From the NCBI GenBank assembly GCA_965649765.1, contig OZ287756.1:55056001-55120000 (forward strand): DNA of 64,000 bases. The letters run 5' to 3'. Every line of letters starts with the position of its first letter. Position 1 is the stretch's first letter. This document shows, in pieces, positions 13,714-26,098 of this stretch. The position numbers and the translations under genes are program-made. The stretch is from Bispira polyomma. Its lineage: Eukaryota. Under the pieces are notes generated by a model. The model did no database searches and was not told the DNA's origin. It saw only the letters and a program-made list of their open reading frames with translations.

Positions 13714-16641
13714 ATGGTTTCATTGTTAAATAAGATGGAAAGTAATAATTCGTATATTTTTTCAAACAAACCTGAAAATGTTAATGTGAATGTATTGTCA
13801 CATGAAAGTGAAAATGTAAAAAATGTACACACTGTTAAACCGGAAATGTGTAAACCTAGCTTGTCAATCAGTACTGACAAAAAGAGCATTGATGATAGCC
13901 ATATTGCAGTTAAAAATTATAATGTCATTAGATTGCCTAACAAGTTTGGAAAGATAAAAAATTCATGCACTGCTAAAACGGCAATGTGTGATCCTAGCTT
14001 AACAGTTAGTATCGACAAGAAGGTTAATAATAGTGAACCTATTGGGGTCAAGAAATGGAATGTTCAGCAATATATCAGGGCCAGTGTACTGGACTCGAGT
14101 ACCAGTACTAGAATGTACAGAGATGACAGTTGTGGTCCATTCACCAAATTTGGGGGCTTTTCTAAAAATAAAGGTGATATTAAGATAAATGGTCTAGATA
14201 ATTCACACAGCGAAGTCCCTGTATTTTGGGGAAACAGAAATATTGGTGAACATTTAGAAAGAGAGAATAAAAGAAATTTTACAGTTAATGCTGATTTATG
14301 TAATGCCAGCAGTGTTAATGCCAGGTATGGTACCCCAAATGAGACAAAAGTAAAAGTTACCATCTCTACTACTAATTGGTTGTTTTGCATGCCTCACATT
14401 ACACAAGGAATGCCTGTGGTTTTTGTGCAGTCTGAGCTGCCACATGTTTCTGGTTTTTACACCTCATGGGATGAGGATTTTGGGACAAATTTCTACAGAT
14501 GTAAGAACCCACCAACTGGGGTAATGTCAGTGACCAGCATAGTCACAACTCAAATAGCTTTGGCTAATTTTAGGGATGATTTTCAAAACAGCAACAAGGT
14601 TGTAACAGTTACTGATGATGACAAATGTAAAGCTAAGGATGCTTGGCATGATTTTCAAAAAGAAATGTATTGCAAAAACAATTTCAAAAAAGGTTATACA
14701 GAATATGTAACAAATATCATTGACGAAATGTTGTTAGACATAAATGTAAATACAACATGTGTTGTCAGTAATGACAGACCAATGGAGGTTCAAACCTGCC
14801 ATAAAGGTAAAGTAGCGTCGTGCGATCTCTTCTTCCAAACTTTTGGACATTTCTCACAAACTACCACAAGTGCCACCATAGTGGATAAGGATATTAATTT
14901 CCCCAACAAAACTAAGGGTTTCTTGGCAAGCTCAGAAACCAAGTTTAGTTTTATAGGACCTGACAGGGCCCCCATACACATTACTTCAATTAAGGAAATG
15001 TCTGAAATAGCACAAACCATTAGGGATACGGGATGTCCCAATTATAAGGGAGCAAGGATCCCCCTGGTATCAGGTCTTAACACCAAAGCATGGGAGGAAG
15101 TCCTTTCAAATTACCCAGATGAACTTTTACTACAATATATCAAGTTTGGTTTTCCCCTCTCACTTACTTGTCCAAAGGATTTAAAGGTCAAGGATACCAC
15201 CAATCACCACTCTGCACTTGAATTTAAGGACCACATAAGGCAATATTTAGAAAAAGAGAAACAGTGTGGGGCCATGTTAGGACCTAGTTTACACATTAAG
15301 GATGAATTATTTCACTGTTCTCCACTGCTCACCAGACCTAAGGACAATTCCAAAAGGCGTGTAATTTTAAACTTGTCTCACCCCAGTGGGGAATCACTTA
15401 ATGACAATGTCAATAGGAAACAATTCGATGGAGTGGACTTCACCTTAAAATTTCCCACAATAGACGATATAGTAGAACAGATTCGTAAAACACACACTCC
15501 ACGTATCTTTAAACTGGACGTCGCGCGCGCTTTTAGAAATTTGAGGGTGGACCCAGTCGATGCCATGAAATTAGGAATCAAATTTGACGACCATAAGTAC
15601 GTTGATCCGGCGGTTGCGTTCGGCTGGGTCCACGGCTCGGCTGCTTTTCAGCGTTGCTCGGATGTTATAGCACACACCATGGAGAAGCACAACCATAAGA
15701 TCTTCTGTTATATCGACGATTATGTAGGCGTTTCTCCAGACTCGGAAGCAGAAGAAGCTTTTAACCAATTATATGAACTGGTTACCAAACTTGGTTTTCC
15801 GTTAAACCCAGAAAAAATTTCAAAACCAAGTTCAAAAGTCACCTGTCTTGGCATAGATATCGACATTCAGGCAGGCACTATAAGTATTACTCCCGAAAAA
15901 ATACAGGAAACATATAACCTCTGTTTAGAAATAGTTAACAAAGTTTGGATATCTAGAACTAAATTTCAATCAATATTGGGAAAATTGCTTTACATCCATA
16001 AATGTGTAAAGCCTGCTCGAATGTTTATAAACAGACTTCTTATGGCGTTTCGGAATAACAGTCAAGCTAAACGATTTAAAATTTCGCATGACATGAAGGC
16101 TGACTTATTATGGTTCGTACAATTTCTACCACGCTATAATGGTATTACGTTCATCGATCCGGTAATTGCTAAGCATAAGGATGAGGTTTTTATTGATGCA
16201 TGCCTCACTGGCCTAGGGGCCATCTACACCAATGAGGTTTTCGCTACCCCATTATACAACATCTATAATAGGGCTTTATCTATCGTGCATATCGAAATGC
16301 TTAACATTCTATTAGCTTTAAGGGTCTGGGGTGAGCAGTGGAGTCATAGACGTATAATCATGAATTGTGACAACATGTCCGTTGTCCTGGTAGTTAGGTC
16401 CAATAAGACAAAAGACGATTTTCTTGCTTTATGTTTAAGGAATATCTGGCTAATCTCGGCTGTACATGATATTACAATCGAGATTCAGCACATTAAAGGT
16501 AAAGACAATGTAATTGCTGACCTCCTTTCAAGACTTTTTTCTGAGCAACCCCCCCATAAGGGACAGTTGGAAATATTAAGGGATTCCTGTAAGTGGCACA
16601 CCATTCCACTCCAGTACTTTAACCTAGACTTAAATATATGA
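13714..16641 (+). CDS. pol: Ngaro Pol: reverse transcriptase + RNase H
   Basis: RT motifs RRVILNLS, KLDVARAFR, FGWVHGS and YIDD. RNase H motifs FIDAC, HIEMLN, CDNMSVV and HIKGKDNVIADLLSR. The frame is open back to 13594. Confidence 0.96.
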   Translation: MVSLLNKMESNNSYIFSNKPENVNVNVLSHESENVKNVHTVKPEMCKPSLSISTDKKSIDDSHIAVKNYNVIRLPNKFGKIKNSCTAKTAMCDPSLTVSIDKKVNNSEPIGVKKWNVQQYIRASVLDSSTSTRMYRDDSCGPFTKFGGFSKNKGDIKINGLDNSHSEVPVFWGNRNIGEHLERENKRNFTVNADLCNASSVNARYGTPNETKVKVTISTTNWLFCMPHITQGMPVVFVQSELPHVSGFYTSWDEDFGTNFYRCKNPPTGVMSVTSIVTTQIALANFRDDFQNSNKVVTVTDDDKCKAKDAWHDFQKEMYCKNNFKKGYTEYVTNIIDEMLLDINVNTTCVVSNDRPMEVQTCHKGKVASCDLFFQTFGHFSQTTTSATIVDKDINFPNKTKGFLASSETKFSFIGPDRAPIHITSIKEMSEIAQTIRDTGCPNYKGARIPLVSGLNTKAWEEVLSNYPDELLLQYIKFGFPLSLTCPKDLKVKDTTNHHSALEFKDHIRQYLEKEKQCGAMLGPSLHIKDELFHCSPLLTRPKDNSKRRVILNLSHPSGESLNDNVNRKQFDGVDFTLKFPTIDDIVEQIRKTHTPRIFKLDVARAFRNLRVDPVDAMKLGIKFDDHKYVDPAVAFGWVHGSAAFQRCSDVIAHTMEKHNHKIFCYIDDYVGVSPDSEAEEAFNQLYELVTKLGFPLNPEKISKPSSKVTCLGIDIDIQAGTISITPEKIQETYNLCLEIVNKVWISRTKFQSILGKLLYIHKCVKPARMFINRLLMAFRNNSQAKRFKISHDMKADLLWFVQFLPRYNGITFIDPVIAKHKDEVFIDACLTGLGAIYTNEVFATPLYNIYNRALSIVHIEMLNILLALRVWGEQWSHRRIIMNCDNMSVVLVVRSNKTKDDFLALCLRNIWLISAVHDITIEIQHIKGKDNVIADLLSRLFSEQPPHKGQLEILRDSCKWHTIPLQYFNLDLNI

Positions 16642-17639
16642 TTTCAGGATCAAACCACATCACACAAAGATTCACAGACTCAGCATGGCAGAGGATTGAC
16701 TGTGCTTTGCGTCCAAAGACTACACAGACTTACAATACCCAGTTTAGAACCTTCATCTCATTTACTTGCTATGCTGGAATAGAAGAAATTACCACACACT
16801 CATTGATTGCATTTCTAGAATACTTGGTACAAACAGGGGCGTCACCCAACATGGTTAATAACCATCTTGCAGCCATTAAACATATGGCCAAGAAGTTGTA
16901 CTGGGATACAAAAATTTTTGGAAACAATACAGTGTCTATGTTTACTAGAAGCTTGACACATACATCACCATTTAGACCTTCACCTAAAGGAATTTTCCAC
17001 ATTGAACACTTTTCAACACATTGATTACTGATCTCCAAAGCTTGTGATATTTTAAGAGACCCACCTCTATATAGGGCCATTTTCATGCTAGCTTTCTTTG
17101 GATTCTTGAGAATATCCAATATAGTCCCTCATTCCAGATCCAAATTTGATCCAACTCGTCACTTTCTAAGGAAAGATATAATCTTTGGCCACCCAGGTGC
17201 ACACTTGATCTTGAAGTGGGCAAAGAATTTACAAATTAGATCACAGTTTCACATTATACAGATACCCTTACTGGACAATGTTTTACTATGTCCAGTCAAG
17301 GCCATACAGACATTATTGAAATCTAGACCTCTGTCACCTGATGCCCCACTCTTCGTCAGTAGTACTTACCCACACTATCCAATTGTAGAAACACATGTGC
17401 GTTCTGCACTAGCTTCAATACTTACACATGTGGGAATTCCCACCAAATCACATAGTTTCCACACATTTAGAAGATCAGGGGCAACATATGCCTTTAATAA
17501 TAACGTGTCACTTCAAAACATCATGGCGCACGGCCTCTGGAGGTCATCTGCAGTCTGGTCATATTTGCATCAGAATTCTCAAGCAACTTCTGCTGTCCCT
17601 CTCACTTTCGCCTCCTCTCTACCTAAACTTCCTTCCTAG
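16638..17639 (+). pseudogene. Ngaro tyrosine recombinase with one in-frame TGA (17022-17024)
   Basis: ORFs 16638-17024 and 17085-17639 share a frame. Catalytic motifs GFLRISN (R), HTFRRSGA (HxxR), HGLWRS and WSYL (Y) are present. Confidence 0.93.
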
Positions 17640-17646
17640 TTTGGCT

Positions 17647-17836
17647 TGGGTGATTTTAAAATTGCCTTGTATTTTAATAATTTATACCTATTTTACACCT
17701 ACCTGTATATAGATTTACTAACATGTACAGAATTTAAATAAATTCCTCAAACCATAGTTTCACTGTCTTCTGCTATACTTACCAGACTATCTTTCCACTA
17801 CAACTTACCTTCTTTCCATTATACCAAGTAGAACTG
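17647..17836 (+). repeat. Ngaro split direct repeat B1 (190 bp)
   Basis: Matches 18712-18901 with one mismatch seen. Confidence 0.95.
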
Positions 17837-18035
17837 TGCATAGCACGACCCAATAGGGGTCTGCTACTTCAGTTCAACCAAAGGAAAATGTATTACTACT
17901 TTAAGCCCTAGGGGCATGATTCATCCAACCGTGAACTGGCCAGCCAATTAGGGGTCTTCCCTCCCAAATTCTGCATTCCTGTCCTAATATCTTCCATTTT
18001 GGAAAAGGATTCAGCAGTATACACACGTACATTTT
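17837..18035 (+). repeat. Ngaro split direct repeat A2 (199 bp)
   Basis: Copy of A1, directly abutting B1. Confidence 0.95.
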
Positions 18036-18711
18036 CCACCCACCTCCCCTTAACCACACCATAAGTTAATGTTCATTGTTCATTTCTTAGCTATGGCCAC
18101 TTTTGGTACTAAGCACATACTATGTTAAGAAGATCTCTGGTTGCGGACCCAAAAGGGCCCTGCTGAAAATCTTTGTAAGATAGGAAATCACTTAAATTTG
18201 GTTGGATTTGTGGGAGTTTTTGAACTCGGAACTGTGTGGTGTTAGGTCCTTCCTCATAACCTACCCTCTGGTGTGGGCTACCAGGGGGGCAATGCTCTGT
18301 GAGGTAGGACGTCTCACTGCTAAGCGAGTCGGTGCTGTAAGTTCCGGGTTCCCAAAAACTCCAATTAAGGCTGCTAGCGCAGGCATAATACGGCTTATAA
18401 GTCCGGATTAAATAGGAAATTTACTAGTTAACGATTAAATATTGGTATGATTTAAAATGTTGAATGTAATGTCATTGGGCATAATTGTATTGAATAGTAT
18501 TGGTATGATGTAATGTCATTTGGTATAATTGTATTGAATAGTGTTGGATCGACGTTGGCCTTAGGGGCTGATTGTTATAAAGGTGTACTGTTGTATGCTA
18601 GGCAAATGCTTAGTCTTCAGACGTTGGTTTTCCCAGCTTGCTGCTTAATGCTTGTGAGGTTTTATCCTCTGTATTATTTACTACCTTGCTTTTGCTTGTG
18701 TTGTCATGTAA

Positions 18712-18901
18712 TGGGTGATTTTAAAATTACCTTGTATTTTAATAATTTATACCTATTTTACACCTACCTGTATATAGATTTACTAACATGTACAGAATTT
18801 AAATAAATTCCTCAAACCATAGTTTCACTGTCTTCTGCTATACTTACCAGACTATCTTTCCACTACAACTTACCTTCTTTCCATTATACCAAGTAGAACT
18901 G
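18712..18901 (+). repeat. Ngaro split direct repeat B2 (190 bp)
   Basis: Copy of B1; it defines the 3' end of the element. Confidence 0.95.
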
Positions 18902-20039
18902 ATGAAATTTAAAGTCAGCACAAAGTAGTTCATGTAAAAAGTAAGGTTGACTTGAGGTCAGCTTACCATGCATAACTGATTTAACTTTGGAGTCGCTTGA
19001 GGTCATCATAAGTAGTTTAAGGTTAAGTTAAATCAATGTTAGGGTCACTTTACCATACAAGTAACTAAGTGTCTTAAATTATATAACTTCAGAGCAAAGA
19101 TACGTTAACCCTAAATGAAAAAGGGTACAAATGTCTAGTACATTACAGAGGTGCCTTCTTACTCTAGTGTCAGTGAGGGGGACCCATGAACTGTGTGCCT
19201 TACACTGAAAGAGTTGGGGATTGGCACGCTTGAGTGTTATGGCCAAGACCACTCTGAGGACATTTAGTATTTTGGGGGGGTTATCACAGGAATAGTTATT
19301 AATCTGACATAATTGTTTGTGTTTTTAGTTTTGTCCATTTAATCATTATCACAGCCTTGGTGGGTTTAAAAACTATGGGTTTATGGTTATGTTAAATTAA
19401 GGTTGGGTCACTTTACCATTGGAGTAAGCCAAGTATACATGCTCTTATAGACATTGGCAGTTAACTGAGCAAATGCAGGTTGAAGGTGGGGTCAAGCATT
19501 GAACATCAAGCATGAATAGGGTGATTATCTGAAAGTACTCTACAGTATAACTTTTAATACTGCAAAATGTTTTACTGTACTACCATTCCATACATAGTCG
19601 CAATGAATCAATACATATATTACCTTGAGGTTAATGTGCATCTGACCTGCTATCATGGATATATCTCTTGCACAAGCACCAACAAATGTATCATATGTCA
19701 CTACACTTATAACTGCAGCATTATTGCACTTCAACAATACTTTCTCTATGGCCCGGCCATTGTTTCAGCCACAGCCTTAATGTTACCAAAATGTTTAGCA
19801 TTTCTAGAAAGGCAATGTTCACAGAGGTGTACTGTTGTGGAAGGCATAACGTGTACAGTTTTGCTTATGGGTTTGTGGTAAAAAATGAGATGTCATTATA
19901 TTTCACCAAAATTTCCGGAACCAGGTCAGATTCCTGAAGTGATGGGGAATATTCATATTTTGTAGTTTTGCCTTTGCCTGAGGGTCCAGCCTTTTCTGGC
20001 TTATGGTCCGACGTAGATGAGAACCATCTACATAGTACT

Positions 20040-20800
20040 CATCACAGTAAAGACCTAGTAAAATCAAGATCCCCAGAGTCTATAGGGACATATCTAAAAG
20101 TCCTACTGACGTCAAGTTTAAATATTTTGCAACCGCTGCCCAACTTGACAACTTTTAATGTAATACTCTCTACTCAGGGGTAGCTGAGCATGTGATCTCT
20201 TTCTATGTAATTGTCTGCAGCTATCCCAGAGTTAACTGACTCGCCCGCTGGCCAGCTTAAATTAATAATAACCCTTTGCTGATCTAAACTGGACTTATCC
20301 AAGGTCATTAATTGTGAGGTGTGTAGATTTCTAACAGGTGTGTTTAAGTATGGCCTTTTTATAGTCTCAAAGTTAACCTCCTCTGTGAGGTAATGCTCTA
20401 AGTGCATGTGGTATTGCTTTGCAGATAGATGATTGATCTTATCTGAAGTAAGATTAGCTGTTCTGTCATAGTTGAGAGGGTAGCCATGTTTTATCACTAA
20501 GATATGAGGTATTTAGCCCATACAGTTTTAACTGAAACTTGACACAGATTTTGAGGCCATTATAATTGTGCCTTCTATCTTCCCTGAGTGCATTATGAGC
20601 ATAAAATGAATCCATTTGATGTGTTTCAATTTGATGTCGTGGTATTTATTGGAATCTTCACCTACCCTTTCCACTAAGCAACTGATAGGGATAAAACCAT
20701 AGTCAACATTGTTTTGCGATGGACATACACAGTATGTGGGGTTATTTCTAGCTTGATAGAGCCAAACTTTTTTGTGTTTTGTATGGTTCATGTAACTTTC
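20040..20800 (-). pseudogene. Degenerate DIRS/Ngaro pol fragment, different family
   Basis: Minus-strand peptides IKHGYPLNY...NHLSA...YLTEE...RVIINLSWPAGESVNSG and IFKLDVSRTFRYVPID are collinear with the intact pol but contain stops. The remnant may extend toward about 19000. Confidence 0.85.
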
Positions 20801-22179
20801 TACATATATGTGGGAGAGGTGTTTTGTTTTAGTTGTGTTAGTACTCGGGTGAGTAAGTTGTACTACCCAAATATTTTTTGTAGGCTCACTTCATAATGAT
20901 TTATACAGACCTTCCTCAATAGAATCACTAACACTAAACCTGTTGTATAGGGGTATAAAGAACTTATGACTGCCATCCCTGGTATCACCAACACTTTCTA
21001 ACAGATTTAAATTTGTCACACCCTGTTGGACATTGTGTTTCCAGGATTGACATTTTGACACATCCCTTTATTGGGGGTGCACACGTTTACTGCCAGGCAC
21101 AATGCCCTTGTCATAGGTATTCCTGCCAACGCAATTACTTTTAAGTTGTGTTTTTAACACTTCCCAATTTATTATTTCTAACGTGAGATTTCTTTGTCCC
21201 TGGGTTTTTATTTGTTCATGACAGGATTATAGGGACCATGTATAGTATGTACCCTACTAGCTTTTACTACAGCAGTAAACAACTTGTTATAGTTTTTTAT
21301 CTTGTTCACCAGGGCACACTTTTGTGCATACTGTTTTTGAAACAGATAAAATCTTTAAAATTTGAGTTCTAGTTTTGTTCTAGAACTGCTTACAAAACCA
21401 TCATTAACATTGGTTGCACGCATGCACAAGCAATGTTTTACCTGTCTAGTGACTGACATGTGACGTTTAAAAAAGCATATGTAGGAACCGCTAGGGAGCT
21501 TTGCTCTGAAATTCACATAGAGTCTAAAGTTTTGGCTCTTGTGCTCCAGTTTTCTTATTGGGGTCGATTCCAATAATTAATTCGTAAAAATTTACATTTG
21601 TATGAGCTTTCTGGGCGTGTCCAGCTCATGTGTATCGTCCCACAAAGCCTCGCTTTCAAAATTGTTTATAGCTGTAAAATTATTTTTTTTCGAACTTTAT
21701 TAACAATGATTTCTATCGACCAATCTCTGTGCATAAATAGTTGTAGGCGAGACAGGATTGGTTGAAAATCTGTGGTGTTTTGAATGTGCATGCCATATTT
21801 GGTTATTATCTATGATGAAATACGCGCAAAAACACAAGGGTACATGGAAAAATCAACCATTTTCTTCATATTAGCATTCAACATCAAATGATGCATATCG
21901 AATTTACCACCCTCACTCCGCTCTTTTATTCAAAATTAATGTTAACTCTAAAGGGCTGATCCCAATCGTTTGTTTGCTGAGTTATCTGTAATAAAGATTG
22001 TAAGGGGTCGTATAACTCGGCCACATAGGACTGTTCCAGCTGAGCTAGGGCATGTAATTGTAATTATTCATTTTATGGGCCGTTTCTGAATGCTTTTCTT
22101 TCCTATCAAAATTCGTTGTCAAACGGCTGAGATGTATACAGTTAAGTAAGAGTACCCATTTTTACTTTATAGTGCCTAA

Positions 22180-22643
22180 GCTGTGACGTAGCTACACAAC
22201 TGACGTCATTATAACGTCACTGTGACGTATTATTTACTGTAGAAGGAAAAGTTAAATGGGGTACCTATCTGTAAACTTAATTGTCTGAGTCGTTTCTAAA
22301 CGGATTTGGTGAGGGAAAAGGCACAGTAATCACAATAAAATAAGCTTTATCATGCCATTTTCAACTTCAACATCCGATGAATATTGAGTATATATAGCAT
22401 GAAAACTGTACTTATTGTAGTGTTTTTGTAGCCATTTTTGTTTCAAAATCGGACAGTCCTCCCGATTTTTTCCCTCCCTGAGGTATAAAATAAGTTGGCC
22501 AAACAGACGTCGGCCGACTTTTGATCGCATCTAATGCAAATATGCTGAAAGGAAGCACTTGGTTGTATTATATAGTAATAAAATCAAATAAAGTCGGCTG
22601 ACGTCATCCGAGAAAAACATGCTGAAAGAAAGCGTAGGCTTAG
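22180..22643. repeat. Dispersed repeat, probably a non-autonomous DNA element, copy 1
   Basis: Shares inverted blocks (AAAATCGGACAGTCCTCCC) and direct blocks (GCACAGTAATCACAATAAAATA, GCTGAAAG.AAG.GTAG.CTTAG) with 24290-24883. Confidence 0.55.
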
Positions 22644-23850
22644 TGACAATCCAAAATAACATAATTGTGTTGGCAATCAACTACTGAAGTACCACTTCTC
22701 TGTTATTTGAGTTTACTCGTTTGACACTCGTTTAACTTATTGTAACTCTGCTAATCGTTTATCAACTTGAGCTTGTATATTTTCAGTACCCGGTATTGAG
22801 ATGTATGTATAAAGTTGAAGGTCAGGTTTGAAGCAAAGTTTTGATTGTCGTAACAAGGATATGGTAAAAGATAGGTTTGAGAGTTAGTAATAAATTTACA
22901 TTATAATACAGTAAACAGTTTTGTAAAATTGCTTAAATATAGAATTTTTAAAGCCCTAATAGGCAGTACTAATGCAAGAAGGACTAGCCAAAACAATGCA
23001 AGGACTCATTGGAAATAAAACATTTTCCAATGTATTCACGTAAATCAAAAGTTACCATAAAATACAACACATCATTTTAGATAATGTATAGGTATCATAG
23101 CCATCATAAAACAATTCATATCAAAGTAATGACATTTGTTTACAAGAATTATAACAACATTGATCTGTAAGATGCCTATCATGTTACATCGTCATAACTC
23201 TCCCTGTGTGTCCACTGATAATCAATATATTAAACAGTGGTTACACCAGCAATAGGTATTTGACCCAGAATTTGCATATAAGATTCTAGGGCACTATTAG
23301 TCAAGGCACTATATTAAAATGACACTGGTTACACACACTGCACTACAGTTGGCATACCTAGCATGGCTGAGCTTGCAGCCCAAGAGCTACAACACAAACC
23401 GCTTAGCAGGAGGGAGTTTCTCATATCTCCTATACCACCCTGGCACCCCTGACGTGTTTGTTCAAGGGGGAGATGGACAGGACCAACCATCCACATGGTC
23501 CTAGGCTCGGATCCCCGGATGCTAGGCAGCAAACTACAGATGTTAGTCACTTCATTGACACATAGCAATACATTCACATTGTCCATAAATGTGACATAAA
23601 TATGAAATCTGATGGTTCACTCTCTAATCTACACCCTATTGTAGCTGTGGTTATGTGAAATTTGGAAGATGAAAAATGTAAAACTTAGGGGATCAAACAC
23701 ATTGATTTGGTTATTAGCTATGATAGTGTGTGGTGTGTTATGATGCATATGATGTGGACTGAAGTAGCAATCCCCTAAAGTGTACTGCTTGTTACATTGT
23801 GACACAATCACTGGATTGTTGGAATGACTCCTTCTTGACTTGTTATCATA

Positions 23851-24103
23851 GTTTTTTTTATTTTGATAATTAACGTCCACTCTTGTACCTGTTTAGGTTA
23901 TATTGGGACGAGTAGTTGAAAACGCTGGAGGAAACACTGCATACAGTTGATCAAGGTTCTGCACTGAAACCAGCGGCCCACAGTAAGGAACTATCACCTT
24001 TCCCACATAGGCATCGACAGAATTCGAACTCACACCGCCCAGAGGTGAGAGACCAGTGATTGTGAAGCAGAATGCTTGCTAACCACTAGGCCACCGCGGC
24101 CCC
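23851..24103 (-). mobile_element. tRNA-derived SINE, second copy
   Basis: Highly similar to 2027-2263 over its whole length. Confidence 0.9.
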
Positions 24104-24289
24104 TATAAATCACTTTGGTGAGATAGCTGTAGTGTATTAATTTAAACAAATATTTTACTAAAATAGGATATAAAAGTAATAAAAAACCCAAAGTTGCCAC
24201 ACAGGCTTATTAGCCTACACTTCTTTTCAACATGTTTTTCTCGCTCATGACACAATACTACCAAGTGCTTCCTTTCATCATATTTGCAA

Positions 24290-24883
24290 CAGATCAGATC
24301 AGACGTCTGCCAACCTCTGTTGGGCCAACATATTTTATCTGACAAGGAGGGAAAAATCTGGGAGGACTGTCCGATTTTGAAACAAAACTGGACAAATGCA
24401 ATATCATAGGTATATAGGTCCTATAGATCCCCAATATTGGTCAGATTTTGACTTTGAAAATGGCATGACAAAGCTTTTTTTTTTTGTGATTGCTATGTTT
24501 TTTTCACCCAAATCCCATAAAAAACGATATTTAAGTTTAAATAAGGGTACCCCATGTAACTTCCCCTTCTACTGTGAATTGTACGTCAAAGTAACGTCAT
24601 AATGAGGTCAGTTTTGCTGCTGCGTTCCAACTTACAAGCAAGGAAGTAAATAGGGTCACTGTTATTTAACTGTGAATATCTCAATGGATTTTACTGGAAA
24701 AAGAAGCACAGTAATCACAATAAAATAGGTTTTCTTCTGCCATTTTTAAAGTCAACATCTTACAAATTTAAAGTATATATCGCTTGAAACTTGTTGAAAG
24801 GAATCACAACATCCGCCGATGTTGAATCGGACACCTTCAAATCGGCCGACGTTGGAATGTGCTGAAAGGAAGTGTAGACTTAG
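24290..24883. repeat. Dispersed repeat, probably a non-autonomous DNA element, copy 2
   Basis: Similar to 22180-22643 in both orientations. Confidence 0.55.
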
Positions 24884-26098
24884 ACTTGTCCTTCTATAAA
24901 CTTGTATGAAAATGATGTCTATTTCTGCCACCCCTGGGTTTTATAGTCTCCCCTAGACCATAATTCATTATAATAATAGACTATAAAATAATGCTATAGT
25001 CTGTTGTTCTTCGTGTGATCTTTTGTGTTCTTTGTATATAATTACATTTATGAAGCATTTTTTCGTTCTTTGTATATAAGTTACATTTATGAAGCATTTT
25101 TTTGAAATTGTTAACCAATTTACTTCAATTTTACACATTGCTATATTATTTTATGTCACAAAATACTTATGAAGATGTTAATTAAACTATTTACATCTGC
25201 ACATAATTAAACTATGTGTAATTCTCTATTACCTTCACTTCTGAAAATGTAAATATGTTAAATATAAGTTGGGGTTAAAACTAGTTCAAGTCTAAAGAAG
25301 TTGTTCCACACACCATCAATTCATCAATAATCGTTTTGTTTATGTTACTAAACCTCTTACTGAGGATGTACTAAAATATCTCTTTAAAACTGTGCAAACT
25401 TGTTTCAAATCGGATTTCTTAGTATCTCTTCTAATAAATTGATACAAATTTGATGTTTCAACTTTATTAAAGCCATACAATGTAAACAAAATGTTTAGCT
25501 ACACTTGATAGTGCTTCCTCTCAAAAAAGGTTTCTTGGAGCTCAATCACATTTGGTATTCAAACTGATATTCAAATCTAGACCCCAGTCATTTTACAGAT
25601 CAACTGGTGTTATAAACGACTGACTGATGAGTGACTGATTATCTATTGATATAAAACAGTTTCATAATATTCCTTTCTGGCCCATTTTCATATATTTTCA
25701 TCAGTAACTAAAACAAAATATGGATCAACTTTCATATAAATTTAACTATATTAATTAACCTAATTATATGATTATGATCATGTTTAATCTAAATCATATG
25801 AATCAATTGTTATCCGAGTAAGATACCTTTCTTGTCAAAATTTGAGGGTTTTAGTGTGAAACACATGCACAGATTCAGATATAAAGTTGGAAAAATGTAG
25901 TTAACATAAAATATGGACCTTAAACAACATAATGGTATGTTAAACTTGATTTTTAATGCCTTATAAATACGAATTTTAAGCTAATTCTTTATAGTAACAA
26001 CTCTGTACTTTTTTGTTCGTATTATGTAACAGTGAATTTTCAATATTTTGGGTGTTTTTGTCTGTTTTGTGTTATAGTTGATACATATAAACATAATA

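Larger units (their letters stand above)
11998..18901 (+). mobile_element. Ngaro-type (DIRS order) tyrosine-recombinase retrotransposon, full length
   Basis: Split direct repeats are arranged A1-[gag, RT/RNaseH, YR]-B1-A2-spacer-B2. No integrase, protease or methyltransferase domain was seen. The repeats are nearly identical, so the insertion is young. Confidence 0.95.
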
